A stretch of 51,748 nucleotides of DNA from a virus (lineage: Duplodnaviria; Caudoviricetes), in IMG/VR virus record IMGVR_UViG_3300021420_000007, positions 1-51,748 of that record; one strand, written 5' to 3'. The notes below the pieces were generated by a model. It worked only from the letters and a program-made list of their open reading frames with translations, ran no database searches and was not told where the DNA came from. This document shows positions 1-9,632 of this stretch, piece after piece. Every line of letters starts with the position of its first letter. Positions within the stretch are counted from its first letter, which is position 1. A program made the position numbers and the translations under genes.

Positions 1-127
1 GAAGGGTGCCGACATGCATGCGCTGGCGACGGACCTACGAAAAACCTACGGTGTGTCGCGTGACCGGGCGGCCACGATAGCAAGGGATCAGAACAACAAA
101 GCCAAGGCCATCATTGAGAAAACGCGC
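1..127. repeat. 127-bp terminal overlap, identical to 51622-51748 (circular assembly overlap)
   Basis: Exact identity of both ends. 127 is a common assembler k-mer, and an ORF reads through the join. Confidence 0.95.
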
Positions 128-388
128 CGCGAAGAACTTGGGATTACGGAAGCATATTGGCAGCATTCGGCTGGCGGCAAAGTACCACGCGTAACCCACG
201 TGGCTATGAGCGGTAAGCGCTACCGGTTGTCGGAAGGCATGTATGATTCTGCGGCCGGCAAATACATCATGCCCGGCGAACTCGTGAATTGTAGATGCAC
301 TAGTAAAGCTATAATTCCTGCATTTGACACGGAACGGCCCGCGACAGCGACACCGCTGTTACGTGCAGCGGCGGCCCGCGCTAGATAA
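1..388 (+). CDS. Head morphogenesis protein (SPP1 gp7/Mu F-like), 3' part; the gene begins at 51128
   Basis: RAATIARDQNNK, WQHS..RVTH and PGELVNCRC motifs; in frame with the ATG at 51128 across the circular join. Confidence 0.9.
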   Translation, partial: KGADMHALATDLRKTYGVSRDRAATIARDQNNKAKAIIEKTRREELGITEAYWQHSAGGKVPRVTHVAMSGKRYRLSEGMYDSAAGKYIMPGELVNCRCTSKAIIPAFDTERPATATPLLRAAAARAR

Positions 389-417
389 TCTTCAGGCAGA
401 TCGGCTACACTGCCGGT

Positions 418-1167
418 ATGCCTCTTGAATCTGGTAAATCAAAAACTGCATTTTCTCATAACGTCGCTGCGGAAAAAAACGCAGGCAAGCCGACGGCCCA
501 AGCTGTCGCCATCGCATACAGCAAAAAACGAGGCGACAAAAAGCCGGCCGTTGATTGCGAAGTCGAGATGGATGAGGATGTAGAGAACGATTGCGCGGCG
601 ATGGATTCCAGCCGACGCCTCGCGTTCGACCGACGCATGGAAACTATCGACGGGCATTTGGTTGTGACCGGCTGCCACATTACGAAAGCGAATGTGTGCC
701 CATATCTCGGCGCAGAGATTCCGAACAGCGAAGCGCTCGGCCTCAAGCCTGACAAAATTTATAACCTGTACCGTGACGCCGCAGAAATTCAGGCGGCCAA
801 AGAATCATACAATCGTGTGCCATTGCTCATGCAACACGTGGCCGTAAGTGCGGATGCTCCGCAACAGTTCCTCACGGTCGGCACTGCGAGTAATGCGCGG
901 TTCACGCATCCTTACCTTGACGCAGATCTTACGATTTGGACGCGTGAAGGTATCGAAGCGATTGAGTCGGGCGCACAGCGGGAAATATCGGCGGGATATA
1001 GATACATCGCAGACATGACGCCCGGTACCTCGCCTGAGGGTGAAAAGTATGATGGGCGCATGACTCGGATAATCGCCAATCACATTGCGCTTGTTGAGGC
1101 AGGACGCTGCGGGCCAGATGTTATGGTTGCTGATGCTCGCTTGCATATCGTTCGCCCATTGTCGTAA
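418..1167 (+). CDS. Prohead protease (DUF2213-like)
   Basis: ITKANVCPYLGAEIP, REISAGY and NHIALVEAGRCGPDV motifs; located before the scaffold and capsid genes. Confidence 0.85.
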   Translation: MPLESGKSKTAFSHNVAAEKNAGKPTAQAVAIAYSKKRGDKKPAVDCEVEMDEDVENDCAAMDSSRRLAFDRRMETIDGHLVVTGCHITKANVCPYLGAEIPNSEALGLKPDKIYNLYRDAAEIQAAKESYNRVPLLMQHVAVSADAPQQFLTVGTASNARFTHPYLDADLTIWTREGIEAIESGAQREISAGYRYIADMTPGTSPEGEKYDGRMTRIIANHIALVEAGRCGPDVMVADARLHIVRPLS

Positions 1168-1170
1168 TAT
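1141..1170 (+). promoter_or_regulatory. Putative sigma70-type promoter for scaffold/capsid genes
   Basis: TTGCAT-18nt-TAATAT upstream of the SD (AGGA) of the gene at 1228. Confidence 0.4.
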
Positions 1171-1227
1171 TGTTCCTACACGTGATGCACGTCACAGTTT
1201 TCCGCACATTCTCAGGAATAACGAACC

Positions 1228-1941
1228 ATGAAACTTTCTCTTGTTGCTACCGCCGTAAAGGCATTGCTCGCCACGGACGCCAAGCCGACCGAAGCGCAAA
1301 TTATGGCCGCATGCATCGCCGCCGACAAGAAAGGCAAGGACGAAGGCGGCCTTGGTAATGTCGAGATTCAAAACAAGGCCAAAGACGAAAAGGAAAAGGC
1401 TGAGGACGCGAAAGAGTTTGGCGCCAAGGATGCGGAAGCCAATTACTTCGGCCACACGAAAGACGAATGGGAAGATATGAGCGCCAAGGATCGTAAGAGC
1501 GCGCGCGATAAAGCGCACGATGGGAATGACGATCCCGAACACACGAACGACGGCGAAGTTGAAGCCGAGGACGACGAGCAGCCCAAGAAAACCGGCACGG
1601 GCAACAGCGGCGCAGGCGGCGAGGAACCGGCAAAAGACAAAAAGGGCATGGACTCGAAAGGCGTTGCCGCTCTGATCGCAGCCAATGACGCCAAGCACGC
1701 CGCAGCGCGCGAAGTCGAATCGATTCTCGGCGTGGTTGTGTACGATTCGGCGTCAGCCTATTACAAGGCGGCTCTCGATAAGCTCGGCGTTGACACGGCT
1801 GGCGTCCATGCTTCGGCGTTCCCGACTTTGTTGAAGTTGGCGAAAGACAAGGTTGACGCGCAGACGCCTACGCTCGCCACTGACGCCGCGCGCGTATCTA
1901 CGATGGCCGGCGCAATCAAAGGCTACAGCCGCCTCAAGTAA
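1228..1941 (+). CDS. Capsid scaffolding protein
   Basis: Highly charged D/E/K-rich protein between the protease and capsid genes; resembles the C-terminal half of fused DUF2213 proteins. Confidence 0.7.
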   Translation: MKLSLVATAVKALLATDAKPTEAQIMAACIAADKKGKDEGGLGNVEIQNKAKDEKEKAEDAKEFGAKDAEANYFGHTKDEWEDMSAKDRKSARDKAHDGNDDPEHTNDGEVEAEDDEQPKKTGTGNSGAGGEEPAKDKKGMDSKGVAALIAANDAKHAAAREVESILGVVVYDSASAYYKAALDKLGVDTAGVHASAFPTLLKLAKDKVDAQTPTLATDAARVSTMAGAIKGYSRLK

Positions 1942-1990
1942 GAGGCCCCAGCTTCACGTTTAATTTTTTCTCGATTATAGGAATACGAAC

Positions 1991-2893
1991 ATGCCCTTTC
2001 AAAAGACCATCAACAACACTCAGGCGCCCGGCGTCGCTGGCGACTTCGCAAGCACCAATCCGTTTTCGTCCGTGCTCGCTGGCCCGGGTGCGCTGGTAGC
2101 CCCTGAAGGCGGCCTCGTCGTCGGTAACTTCGCGTGGGTCGGTCCTGCCGGCCAAGTGTCGCAGTCGTTCGTAAGCGGCTGGCAGATTGGCTTTCTCGGC
2201 CGCAATGAGCAAGCACTCATTACCGAGTTCCTCGGTGAATTTTCGATGGTCGTTCCCGAAGGTTTCATGGTCACGCTGTTCGATGGCGGCGACTTTTGGG
2301 CTTACTTCGCGGATGGCGCTACGGCGCTCGCAACGGTATACGCCGACGAAGACACGGGCGCCCCGCAAATGCAGGCGACCAACACTGTAACTGGTGAAGT
2401 CGGTTTCACGGGGACTGCATCGTTCGCTACTGACGTTATGACTGTTGTCACGAATACGTCAGGAATCATTCTGCCGGGCGACGCGGTTACGTCTGCGGGT
2501 GTTACGAGCGGCACGACCGTTACTGCGCTGTTGACCGGAACGCCGGGCGCAGTCGGCAGCACGTACAGCTTGAGCACTTCGCCGGGCACTATTGCGACGC
2601 AGGCCGCGACAACGGCAAGTTCGACGCTGAATGTTACCGCAGTCCTCACGGGCGGACTGTCCGTTGGCGACGTGATTACCGGTACCGGCGTAACGGCAGG
2701 TACGAGCATTGCCAGTTTCGGCACGGGCACGGGCGGCGTCGGCACGTATAACTTGGCCATCCCGGGCGGCGTTCCGTTCCATACGGCGGCTGAGACGATT
2801 ACCGGACCGGCGAATACGGCGACCAATTTCACCGTTGGCGCTATCACTCTGACTGGTGCCGGCGTGGCCAAGATCAGCGCGAACGTTACCTAA
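1991..2893 (+). CDS. Head decoration/cement protein with inserted beta modules
   Basis: FQKTIN..APGVAGDFASTNP and VTLFDGGDFWAYF motifs; immediately upstream of the major capsid gene. Confidence 0.8.
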   Translation: MPFQKTINNTQAPGVAGDFASTNPFSSVLAGPGALVAPEGGLVVGNFAWVGPAGQVSQSFVSGWQIGFLGRNEQALITEFLGEFSMVVPEGFMVTLFDGGDFWAYFADGATALATVYADEDTGAPQMQATNTVTGEVGFTGTASFATDVMTVVTNTSGIILPGDAVTSAGVTSGTTVTALLTGTPGAVGSTYSLSTSPGTIATQAATTASSTLNVTAVLTGGLSVGDVITGTGVTAGTSIASFGTGTGGVGTYNLAIPGGVPFHTAAETITGPANTATNFTVGAITLTGAGVAKISANVT

Positions 2894-2933
2894 TTGATTT
2901 TGACGAACTGAGAACTAGACAGGAAACACGAAC

Positions 2934-3968
2934 ATGACCCGCATTGCAATTGACCACGCTGACCTTGGCCGCCGTTATGGAATCCATTTCATGTCGGGGC
3001 TTATGCAGGAAGCTCGCGGCATGTCCCTCATGGACAAGTCCATGAGTTTCGACGCGCAGCCGACTTTGATTACTTCGGCCAATGCCGGTATCCCGTCGCT
3101 GTTCACGACCTACGTTGACCCCAACATTATCGAAGTGTTGGTGAGCCCAACCAAGGCTGCGGAACTGTACGGTGAAACCAAGAAGGGCACGTGGGTTGAT
3201 GATACGGCCATGTTCTTGATGGCGGAACGTACTGGTGAAGTCGCGAGTTACGGCGATTTCTCACAGGACGGAATGTCGAACAGCAATGAGAATTTCCCGC
3301 AGCGTCAGAGCTATCACTATCAGACCAATACGCGTTGGGGTGAGCGCGAGTTGGCGCGGGCGGCGGCAGCCAAGATTGACAAGGCCAATCAAGTCAACAT
3401 GGCCTCGGCATTGGCACTCAAGAAATTCCAGAACCTGACATATCTGTACGGCGTCGCCGGATTGCAGAACTACGGCGGGACGAACGATCCTAGTTTGCCG
3501 AATCCCATCAGCGTGACGGGCACTTGGTTCGGCGCCGCAGGGGACTTCATCTATGCTGACGTGCTGCGTCTCGTGCAGCAAATCGTGGCACAGGGCAATG
3601 GTTTGATTGACGCGGAAACGGTGTATACGCTTGGGATCAGCCCGGGCAATGCGTTGAACTTCAACAACACGAACCTGTACAACGTAAACGTGTACACGCA
3701 GATCAAGACGAATTTCCCCAACCTGAAAATCGTCACGGTCCCTGAATTCGCCATTAACGGCGGCGGCGGCGCGAGCGGCACGGAATTCGTTCAGTTGATC
3801 GCGGACAACGTCGAGGGGCAGCGTACCGTCGAGGCGGCTTTCACTGAGAAAATGCGCGCCCATGCCATCGTGACCAAGACCAGTTCTTGGGAACAGAAGA
3901 AGTCACAGGGCACTTGGGGTACGATTGTTTACCGGCCGGTTTTCGTGGCTGCAATGGTGGGCGCGTAA
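2934..3968 (+). CDS. Major capsid protein (DUF2184-like)
   Basis: NAGIPSLFTTYVDP, FPQRQSYHYQT, AFTEKMRAH and QKKSQGTWG motifs; 344 aa; good SD. Confidence 0.9.
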   Translation: MTRIAIDHADLGRRYGIHFMSGLMQEARGMSLMDKSMSFDAQPTLITSANAGIPSLFTTYVDPNIIEVLVSPTKAAELYGETKKGTWVDDTAMFLMAERTGEVASYGDFSQDGMSNSNENFPQRQSYHYQTNTRWGERELARAAAAKIDKANQVNMASALALKKFQNLTYLYGVAGLQNYGGTNDPSLPNPISVTGTWFGAAGDFIYADVLRLVQQIVAQGNGLIDAETVYTLGISPGNALNFNNTNLYNVNVYTQIKTNFPNLKIVTVPEFAINGGGGASGTEFVQLIADNVEGQRTVEAAFTEKMRAHAIVTKTSSWEQKKSQGTWGTIVYRPVFVAAMVGA

Positions 3969-3986
3969 GCGTCCGTTGATTTCAAC

Positions 3987-4586
3987 ATGACAGGCTGTTG
4001 CAACGGGCAGCCTCAATACAGCGCCCTCAGTGCTAACGCATGGGAGGGCGCTTTTGCGTCGCCGCCCCTTCTACAAAATCTTGAATTACGAGCCCCATTT
4101 GCGTCAGTTACGGCGGGACCTAACGCGCCTCGGTCAAACGTACCGGGCACTATTCAAGGAAATTTTGGTTGGCTGAATTCGGCCACGGGCCTCGTGAACA
4201 ATACGCGCATTGCGTCTGATGATGTGCGCGGCGTCGTGATCCCATTCCGCTCAATGAGCGGCGTCAATGGGGGCGTTGTAGGCGGCCCTAGAGGGCTAGC
4301 AGGGCCGCATGCATCTTGGTCATGGGAGTTTTTAGACTGCAGCGTGTCGCCGCCTGTGCTGCGTGTACGGCCGGGTTTGATAGTTACACTACATGCACGC
4401 GGTAATTTTTGGCTGCGATTCGCAGGCGGCGCGCTCTACGGCAACAAAGTATATGCGTCGCTTACTGACGGTTCGGCTATCTCAGGGCCAGCGGGCGGCG
4501 CGGAGTTGACGCCATTTCTGGTATGCTCTACTGCGCCGCCAGGTAGTTTGGCAATTGTTTCGAGTGCGGCATTTTTCACACCATAG
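3987..4586 (+). CDS. Second decoration/cement-like paralog
   Basis: GNFGWL and VTLHARGNFWLRFAGGA..VYA align with GNFAWV and VTLFDGGDFWAYFADGA..VYA of 1991-2893. Confidence 0.6.
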   Translation: MTGCCNGQPQYSALSANAWEGAFASPPLLQNLELRAPFASVTAGPNAPRSNVPGTIQGNFGWLNSATGLVNNTRIASDDVRGVVIPFRSMSGVNGGVVGGPRGLAGPHASWSWEFLDCSVSPPVLRVRPGLIVTLHARGNFWLRFAGGALYGNKVYASLTDGSAISGPAGGAELTPFLVCSTAPPGSLAIVSSAAFFTP

Positions 4587-4605
4587 ACGATAGGAGTTAA
4601 GGACC

Positions 4606-5133
4606 ATGGCACAGACAGAGAAAGCGGCAACATTGCCGATACAAACAGAACGCAGCGCCCCGACAACGGGAACGGCGACCGTAATTATCGGTTGTCGCCT
4701 ACCTTCAGGCATCACGCTTGAAGTTGGCTTACAGACGCGAGAAAAGAACAGCGACGGTAAGCTTGTGACAATGGTAAAGCGGCTTGACAATTACGAACGA
4801 ATCGTACTTAAGGGCTGGCATTACCATAATACGACAGGTTTGCAAATGCCGGCCGGTATGCAATCCGAGCGGCCATATCTCAATCGTGGCGTGTCGAAAG
4901 CCGCGTGGGAACAATGGAAACTAGAACATGCCGGCTCGTGGCTGCTCAAGAACAATATTCTATTCGAGGCGGATAGTGAGGCTGAAGCACAAGGCAAAGC
5001 AATTGATTTCGCCAAAGCCCCGACAATACTGGCGCCCATCAAGTTGACCAAGGATGGTAAGCCAATTGTTGACGGGAAACCGGTCAAGGATGTTGAAACG
5101 GCCGAATTTCAGCCCGGCGTTAAGAAGGATTAA
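4606..5133 (+). CDS. Conserved head-region hypothetical protein
   Basis: VIIGCRLPSGITL motif, GGA-containing SD, position after the capsid genes. Confidence 0.7.
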   Translation: MAQTEKAATLPIQTERSAPTTGTATVIIGCRLPSGITLEVGLQTREKNSDGKLVTMVKRLDNYERIVLKGWHYHNTTGLQMPAGMQSERPYLNRGVSKAAWEQWKLEHAGSWLLKNNILFEADSEAEAQGKAIDFAKAPTILAPIKLTKDGKPIVDGKPVKDVETAEFQPGVKKD

Positions 5134-5138
5134 TCCTC

Positions 5139-5906
5139 ATGCCCGTAGTTCCGTGTACGACTGTTCAGCCTGTTTTCGGTGTCGTCAATTATGCGGCGTC
5201 CGAGTTTTTGGCGTCGTACCCGGAATTCACGGGTATCAACAACGCGACGCCGCAAGCGCTCGCTAATGATTTCGTAGGTGCCACGTTCTTGCTCAACAAC
5301 ACGTGCTGCAGCCGCGTCAAGGATGCAAATCAGCGTCTATTCTTGCTATATCTGTTGACGGCACATCTGGCCGCGATTCACCAAGGGCTAAATGACGGTG
5401 GCGTGGGTTCACCAATATTTACCGGCATCGGCTCGATTGCGCCAGGCGCGCCGGCCGTACTTACAGTTACGGCAGCGAATCAAGGCGCCCTTTTCGTTGG
5501 AGCGCCGCTCTATGACGGACCCTCGGGTACGATCATACCCGGTACCGTCATTGCCAGCCTTGGCAGCGGAACGGGCGGCCTTGGCACGTATAACTTAAAT
5601 GTTTCACAAACGGTACTTTCGGAAAGCTTTATAGTGCCGGGCGTGCCAAATATCGTGCCGCCGCTTGGTATTGTCGGGCGTATCAATAACGCGAGCGAAG
5701 GCGATGTTAGCGTGACCGCAGAATGGTCCGCGCCACCGAACGCAAACCAAGCATATTTTGTGCAGACGAAATATGGCGCTCAGTACTGGACAGCCGTTGC
5801 CAGGTATCGGTTGGCTGTTTTCCTGCCGGCGCCAGCTTCCGCATACGATCCGCTAGCCGGCTATGGCATTGGGCCGTTCTTGCCGGGCGGCCCTCGTGGC
5901 TTCTAA
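5139..5906 (+). CDS. Head-tail connector (DUF4054-like) with an insertion
   Basis: FLASYPEF, LLYLLTAHLA, VGRINNASEGDVSV and QTKYGAQYW motifs. Confidence 0.85.
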   Translation: MPVVPCTTVQPVFGVVNYAASEFLASYPEFTGINNATPQALANDFVGATFLLNNTCCSRVKDANQRLFLLYLLTAHLAAIHQGLNDGGVGSPIFTGIGSIAPGAPAVLTVTAANQGALFVGAPLYDGPSGTIIPGTVIASLGSGTGGLGTYNLNVSQTVLSESFIVPGVPNIVPPLGIVGRINNASEGDVSVTAEWSAPPNANQAYFVQTKYGAQYWTAVARYRLAVFLPAPASAYDPLAGYGIGPFLPGGPRGF

Positions 5907-6348
5907 AAATCAAGTCATTGGCGGCAAGCGACTTGCATTAGCGTTGCAATCCATTGAGCATAAAATCACTAACGCGAGCGTATTGCGTATGGGATTTCTT
6001 GAGGGCTCGAAAGATCCTACAGGCATGTCAAACGCGCAAAAAGCATTTTGGGCTGAGTACGGCACGGTCAATGCGCCTGCACGTCCAGCGTTCCGCACCA
6101 CGATTGCGCAACAGTCGCCTACATGGGGCCGTAAACTTGGGCTCGCGGTTAAAGCCACGAACTACGACGGAGCCAAAGCACTCGCGTTGTTAGGGCAGTC
6201 TATGCGCGATGATTTGGAAAGTTCGATAGCACAATGGTCAACGCCGCCGAATGCGCCATCAACGATTGCGAAGAAAGGATTTAATAAACCCCTAGTGGAC
6301 AAGGGTGACATGCAACGCGCGCCAGACTACGAAGTGAAACCGAAATGA
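5896..6348 (+). CDS. Neck/tail completion protein
   Basis: EYGT..APARPAFR and PPNAPSTIAKKGFNKPLVDKG motifs; probable GTG start at 5896. Confidence 0.75.
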   Translation: MASKNQVIGGKRLALALQSIEHKITNASVLRMGFLEGSKDPTGMSNAQKAFWAEYGTVNAPARPAFRTTIAQQSPTWGRKLGLAVKATNYDGAKALALLGQSMRDDLESSIAQWSTPPNAPSTIAKKGFNKPLVDKGDMQRAPDYEVKPK

Positions 6349-6776
6349 ACCTTCACGGTATAGTGCGAGGCGCGATCAATTCGGTTAACGCCGATAGGTC
6401 GGCGTTGTATCTTCGCAGCACGGGCAACACTGTCAATGCGGATTTTTCGCAGACGCCGACCTATGCGCCGGGCGTCCCCGTGCGTATTCAAGTGCAACCG
6501 CTCGGCAAAGAGGAACTACGGCACGTCGAGAAATTAAACATGCAAGGCGTGTTCCGTACCGTGTTCATGTACGGTAACACGCAAGGCGTTGTCCGCGTCC
6601 TATTACAGGGCGGCGATTTACTGCAGTTCGCGCCGTTTCAAGGTCAAGCCTTCCAAAATTGGAAAGTAGTTGGCCCTGTTGACGGACCTTGGAATGTCGA
6701 ATATGGCGGATGGACTAAGGTGCTTGTGCAGTTGCAGACTGACATGCCGACCCCAATACCTGAGAGCGGCCCATGA
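6345..6776 (+). CDS. Head closure/adaptor protein
   Basis: MNLHGIVRGAI..QVQPL..GGDLL..WTKV pattern; neck position; ATGA coupling. Confidence 0.7.
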   Translation: MNLHGIVRGAINSVNADRSALYLRSTGNTVNADFSQTPTYAPGVPVRIQVQPLGKEELRHVEKLNMQGVFRTVFMYGNTQGVVRVLLQGGDLLQFAPFQGQAFQNWKVVGPVDGPWNVEYGGWTKVLVQLQTDMPTPIPESGP

Positions 6777-7339
6777 GCGCGCCAGTAGCCACCGTAGCAA
6801 ATACGTTGACTGACGTGTATACCGCACTTGGAGCGTTCATAGTGTCCATGCTCGGACTCAACGCCGGGCAAGTCATACAAGGGTATCCCAACCGCACATC
6901 TATGCCGGTTGGCCCTTTCGTGGCTATGTCGGCCATACTCAAAAAACGCTTACGCACCAACGTGGATAATTTCGCCGGCACTGTTCTCGTACCTCCTGCG
7001 CCCGGCCCCGTGACAAGCGAACAAGGGCAACAGGTTGACGTGCAGTTGGATTGCTACGGCCCGGCGTCCTCGGATTGGTCAGATATTCTTACGACGCTTT
7101 TACGCGACAATATAGGTTGTATAGCCCTCGCGCCGAAGTGCCAGCCATTGTACGCGGACGATCCGATACGGGGACCGTTGACTAACGCCGAGGCGCAATA
7201 CGAGGACCGCTGGATAGTGACAGCACGCATTCAATTTAACCCAATCACGACAACAGCGCAGACTTATGCAACCGTACTCGGCCCTGTCGATATTGTTGAC
7301 GTGACGCCGGGCGGAGGATTTGCGCCGCCATTGCCTTAA
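6773..7339 (+). CDS. Tail terminator/neck protein
   Basis: QG..NR, VQLDCYGP, PLYADDP and QYEDRW motifs; upstream of the sheath gene. Confidence 0.75.
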   Translation: MSAPVATVANTLTDVYTALGAFIVSMLGLNAGQVIQGYPNRTSMPVGPFVAMSAILKKRLRTNVDNFAGTVLVPPAPGPVTSEQGQQVDVQLDCYGPASSDWSDILTTLLRDNIGCIALAPKCQPLYADDPIRGPLTNAEAQYEDRWIVTARIQFNPITTTAQTYATVLGPVDIVDVTPGGGFAPPLP

Positions 7340-7359
7340 CCCGCTCAAAATCGTATTAT
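7331..7359 (+). promoter_or_regulatory. Putative sigma70-type promoter for the tail operon
   Basis: TTGCCT-17nt-TATTAT upstream of the sheath gene. Confidence 0.45.
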
Positions 7360-7416
7360 GCGACTTGAATCACATTTTACGGGATAACCCCGTGACGCAC
7401 GTCTAGGAAACCGACC

Positions 7417-9141
7417 ATGCCTCCATCAATTCCGGCCTCGCGCCTTGCTCAAGTAATTCCTGGCGTGCTGTCGGCTGGCGGCAACCCGCTATCGCTTAAC
7501 TCAGTTTATCTCACGCCGGACACATCCATTCCCATCGGGACTGCGCAGCCGTTCGCGAGCGCGGCCGACGTGTCGGATTGGTTCGGTCCGACCGCGCCTG
7601 AGACGGTTTTGGCCAATGTCTATTTTGACGGTTTCATTAATTGCACTGTGTTGCCGAGTACGCTGTTTTTTGCGCAGTTCAACTCTGCGTCGGTTAATGC
7701 GTATTTACGTGGCGGTAGTGTCGCAGCTATGACGCTCGCGCAATTGAATGCGTTGTCTGGAACTATCGCACTCACGGTTGATGGCGTGCTGGTTACGTCG
7801 GCAGCAATCAATCTGTCGGGTGCTACCAGTTTCACCAATGCCGCGACTCTGTTGCAGGCAGGTTTGCAGACGACAGGCAACGTGTTCTCAGGTACGGCTT
7901 CGCAGTCACTCGGCGTGGTTGATATTCTTTCGACCGTTTCGGGATCGCTGGCCGTCGGCGACGTACTGAACGGCACTGGCGTCTCTGGGCCGGCCACCAT
8001 TGCGTCGTTCGGTACATACACCGTGCTTGCGGGAACCGGTACCGTGAATGTCAGTACGTCTGCCACCGTTACGACGGGAACGGCTACAGTCACGATTCTG
8101 CCGACTGTCACTTATGACACGCTGCGCAAAGCTTTCGTTATTACATCGCCGACGACTGGCGCCAATTCGAGCATTGGTTTTCCGGCCACGGGTGCGCTGT
8201 CTACAGGTATCAATCTTACGGCTGCTACGGGCGCTGTGTTGTCGCAAGGGGCCATCGCCGTAACGCCGGCCGGTCTTATGGGGCAGGTTGTCGCCGCGAC
8301 ACAGAATTGGGCAACGTTTATGACCGTCGCGGAGCAAATCCTATCAATCAAGGAAGCTTTCGCCGCATGGGTACAGACGACCAATCAGCGGTATCTGTTC
8401 GTGTGTCAGGATTCTGACGCGACGCCGACCACGAGTCCTAGTGCGACAGGATCGTTCGGCAACATCGTCAACGCTGCGCAGGATACTGGCGTGATGCCTG
8501 TGTATGATATCAGCGGTTCGAGCGTTATTGCTGCGTTCCAAACGGCCATTGCCGCGTCCATCAATTTCAATCAGCAAAACGGCCGTACAATAGCGGCGTT
8601 CCGTGGCCAAGCAGGACTCACGGCGCAAGTGACTAATGAGACGGTTTACAACAACCTGATCGCGAACGGTTATAATTGCTATGCGTCCTTTGCGACAGCT
8701 AACCAGCAATTTACGCAGAATCAGCCCGGCCAAATATCGGGAGCGTTCCGTTGGTTTGATACTTACATCGATCAGATTTACCTCAATAGCCAATTCCAAT
8801 TGGCTTTGATGAATCTACTGGCGAACGTGCCAGCCGTGCCGTACGTTACCCGTGGGTTCAATCTGATTCGTAGCGCGTTGCTCGACCCCATCAAACAAGG
8901 GTTGAACTTCGGCAGTATCGTCAAGGGCGTGACGCTTTCCTCGGCACAGTCGGCCGCGCTCAACAGTGCGACGGGCGATCTGAGCGCAACAGCCACGATT
9001 CAGAACACGGGTTGGTACTTGCAGATTCTCGACCCGGGCGCCATCGTACGCGGCGGGCGCGGTACGCCTACGATCAATTTCTACTACACCGACGGTGGCA
9101 GCGTGCAGCAAATCAGCATGTCATCGGTCGATGTTCTGTAA
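7417..9141 (+). CDS. Tail sheath protein (DUF3383-like)
   Basis: IPASRLAQVIPGVLSAGG, TQNWATF and YYTDGGSVQQI motifs; 574 aa. Confidence 0.9.
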   Translation: MPPSIPASRLAQVIPGVLSAGGNPLSLNSVYLTPDTSIPIGTAQPFASAADVSDWFGPTAPETVLANVYFDGFINCTVLPSTLFFAQFNSASVNAYLRGGSVAAMTLAQLNALSGTIALTVDGVLVTSAAINLSGATSFTNAATLLQAGLQTTGNVFSGTASQSLGVVDILSTVSGSLAVGDVLNGTGVSGPATIASFGTYTVLAGTGTVNVSTSATVTTGTATVTILPTVTYDTLRKAFVITSPTTGANSSIGFPATGALSTGINLTAATGAVLSQGAIAVTPAGLMGQVVAATQNWATFMTVAEQILSIKEAFAAWVQTTNQRYLFVCQDSDATPTTSPSATGSFGNIVNAAQDTGVMPVYDISGSSVIAAFQTAIAASINFNQQNGRTIAAFRGQAGLTAQVTNETVYNNLIANGYNCYASFATANQQFTQNQPGQISGAFRWFDTYIDQIYLNSQFQLALMNLLANVPAVPYVTRGFNLIRSALLDPIKQGLNFGSIVKGVTLSSAQSAALNSATGDLSATATIQNTGWYLQILDPGAIVRGGRGTPTINFYYTDGGSVQQISMSSVDVL

Positions 9142-9157
9142 CCCGGAGCAATAGTAC

Positions 9158-9595
9158 ATGGCACGTTTCATTACCTCGGCGAATAGTGAATTCACTCTGA
9201 CCATTCCGGGTGTGTTTTCGGGTCCAGTTGTTCTACAAGGTTACGCAGTCGATGACGCGTTTGATACGGCGAACGTCAAGCCGGCCGAAGCTAAGAAAGG
9301 CGTTGACGGCCGCAAATCCTCAGGGTTCACTCCGTATCTCGTGGTCATGAAAATTCACTTGATGCCCGACAGCCCGGCCATCGACATTTTTGACCAATGG
9401 CTCGGCGCACTGAACGCGGCACGCGATGACTTGCCAGCAACCGAGGGTTCTATTTGGGCGCCATCGCTCGGTAAAGCGTGGGCATGCGCTAACGGCACTC
9501 TGACTGAGTCATCGGCTGTGCCGAACGCCAAAAAGCTATTCGAGGCACAGGAATACGAGATTACTTGGGACACTGTTGATGTGTCCAACGTCTAG
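9158..9595 (+). CDS. Tail tube protein
   Basis: ITSANS..LQGYAVDDAF..GVDGRKSSG motifs; follows the sheath gene. Confidence 0.85.
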   Translation: MARFITSANSEFTLTIPGVFSGPVVLQGYAVDDAFDTANVKPAEAKKGVDGRKSSGFTPYLVVMKIHLMPDSPAIDIFDQWLGALNAARDDLPATEGSIWAPSLGKAWACANGTLTESSAVPNAKKLFEAQEYEITWDTVDVSNV

Positions 9596-9632
9596 TTGAT
9601 TTGCCCGCACCACGGGTATAGGAGTTGACCTC

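Noticed and set aside
1165-1228. Readthrough fusion of protease and scaffold (same frame)
   Set aside because: A second in-frame stop (TGA) lies in the gap, and the scaffold has its own SD.
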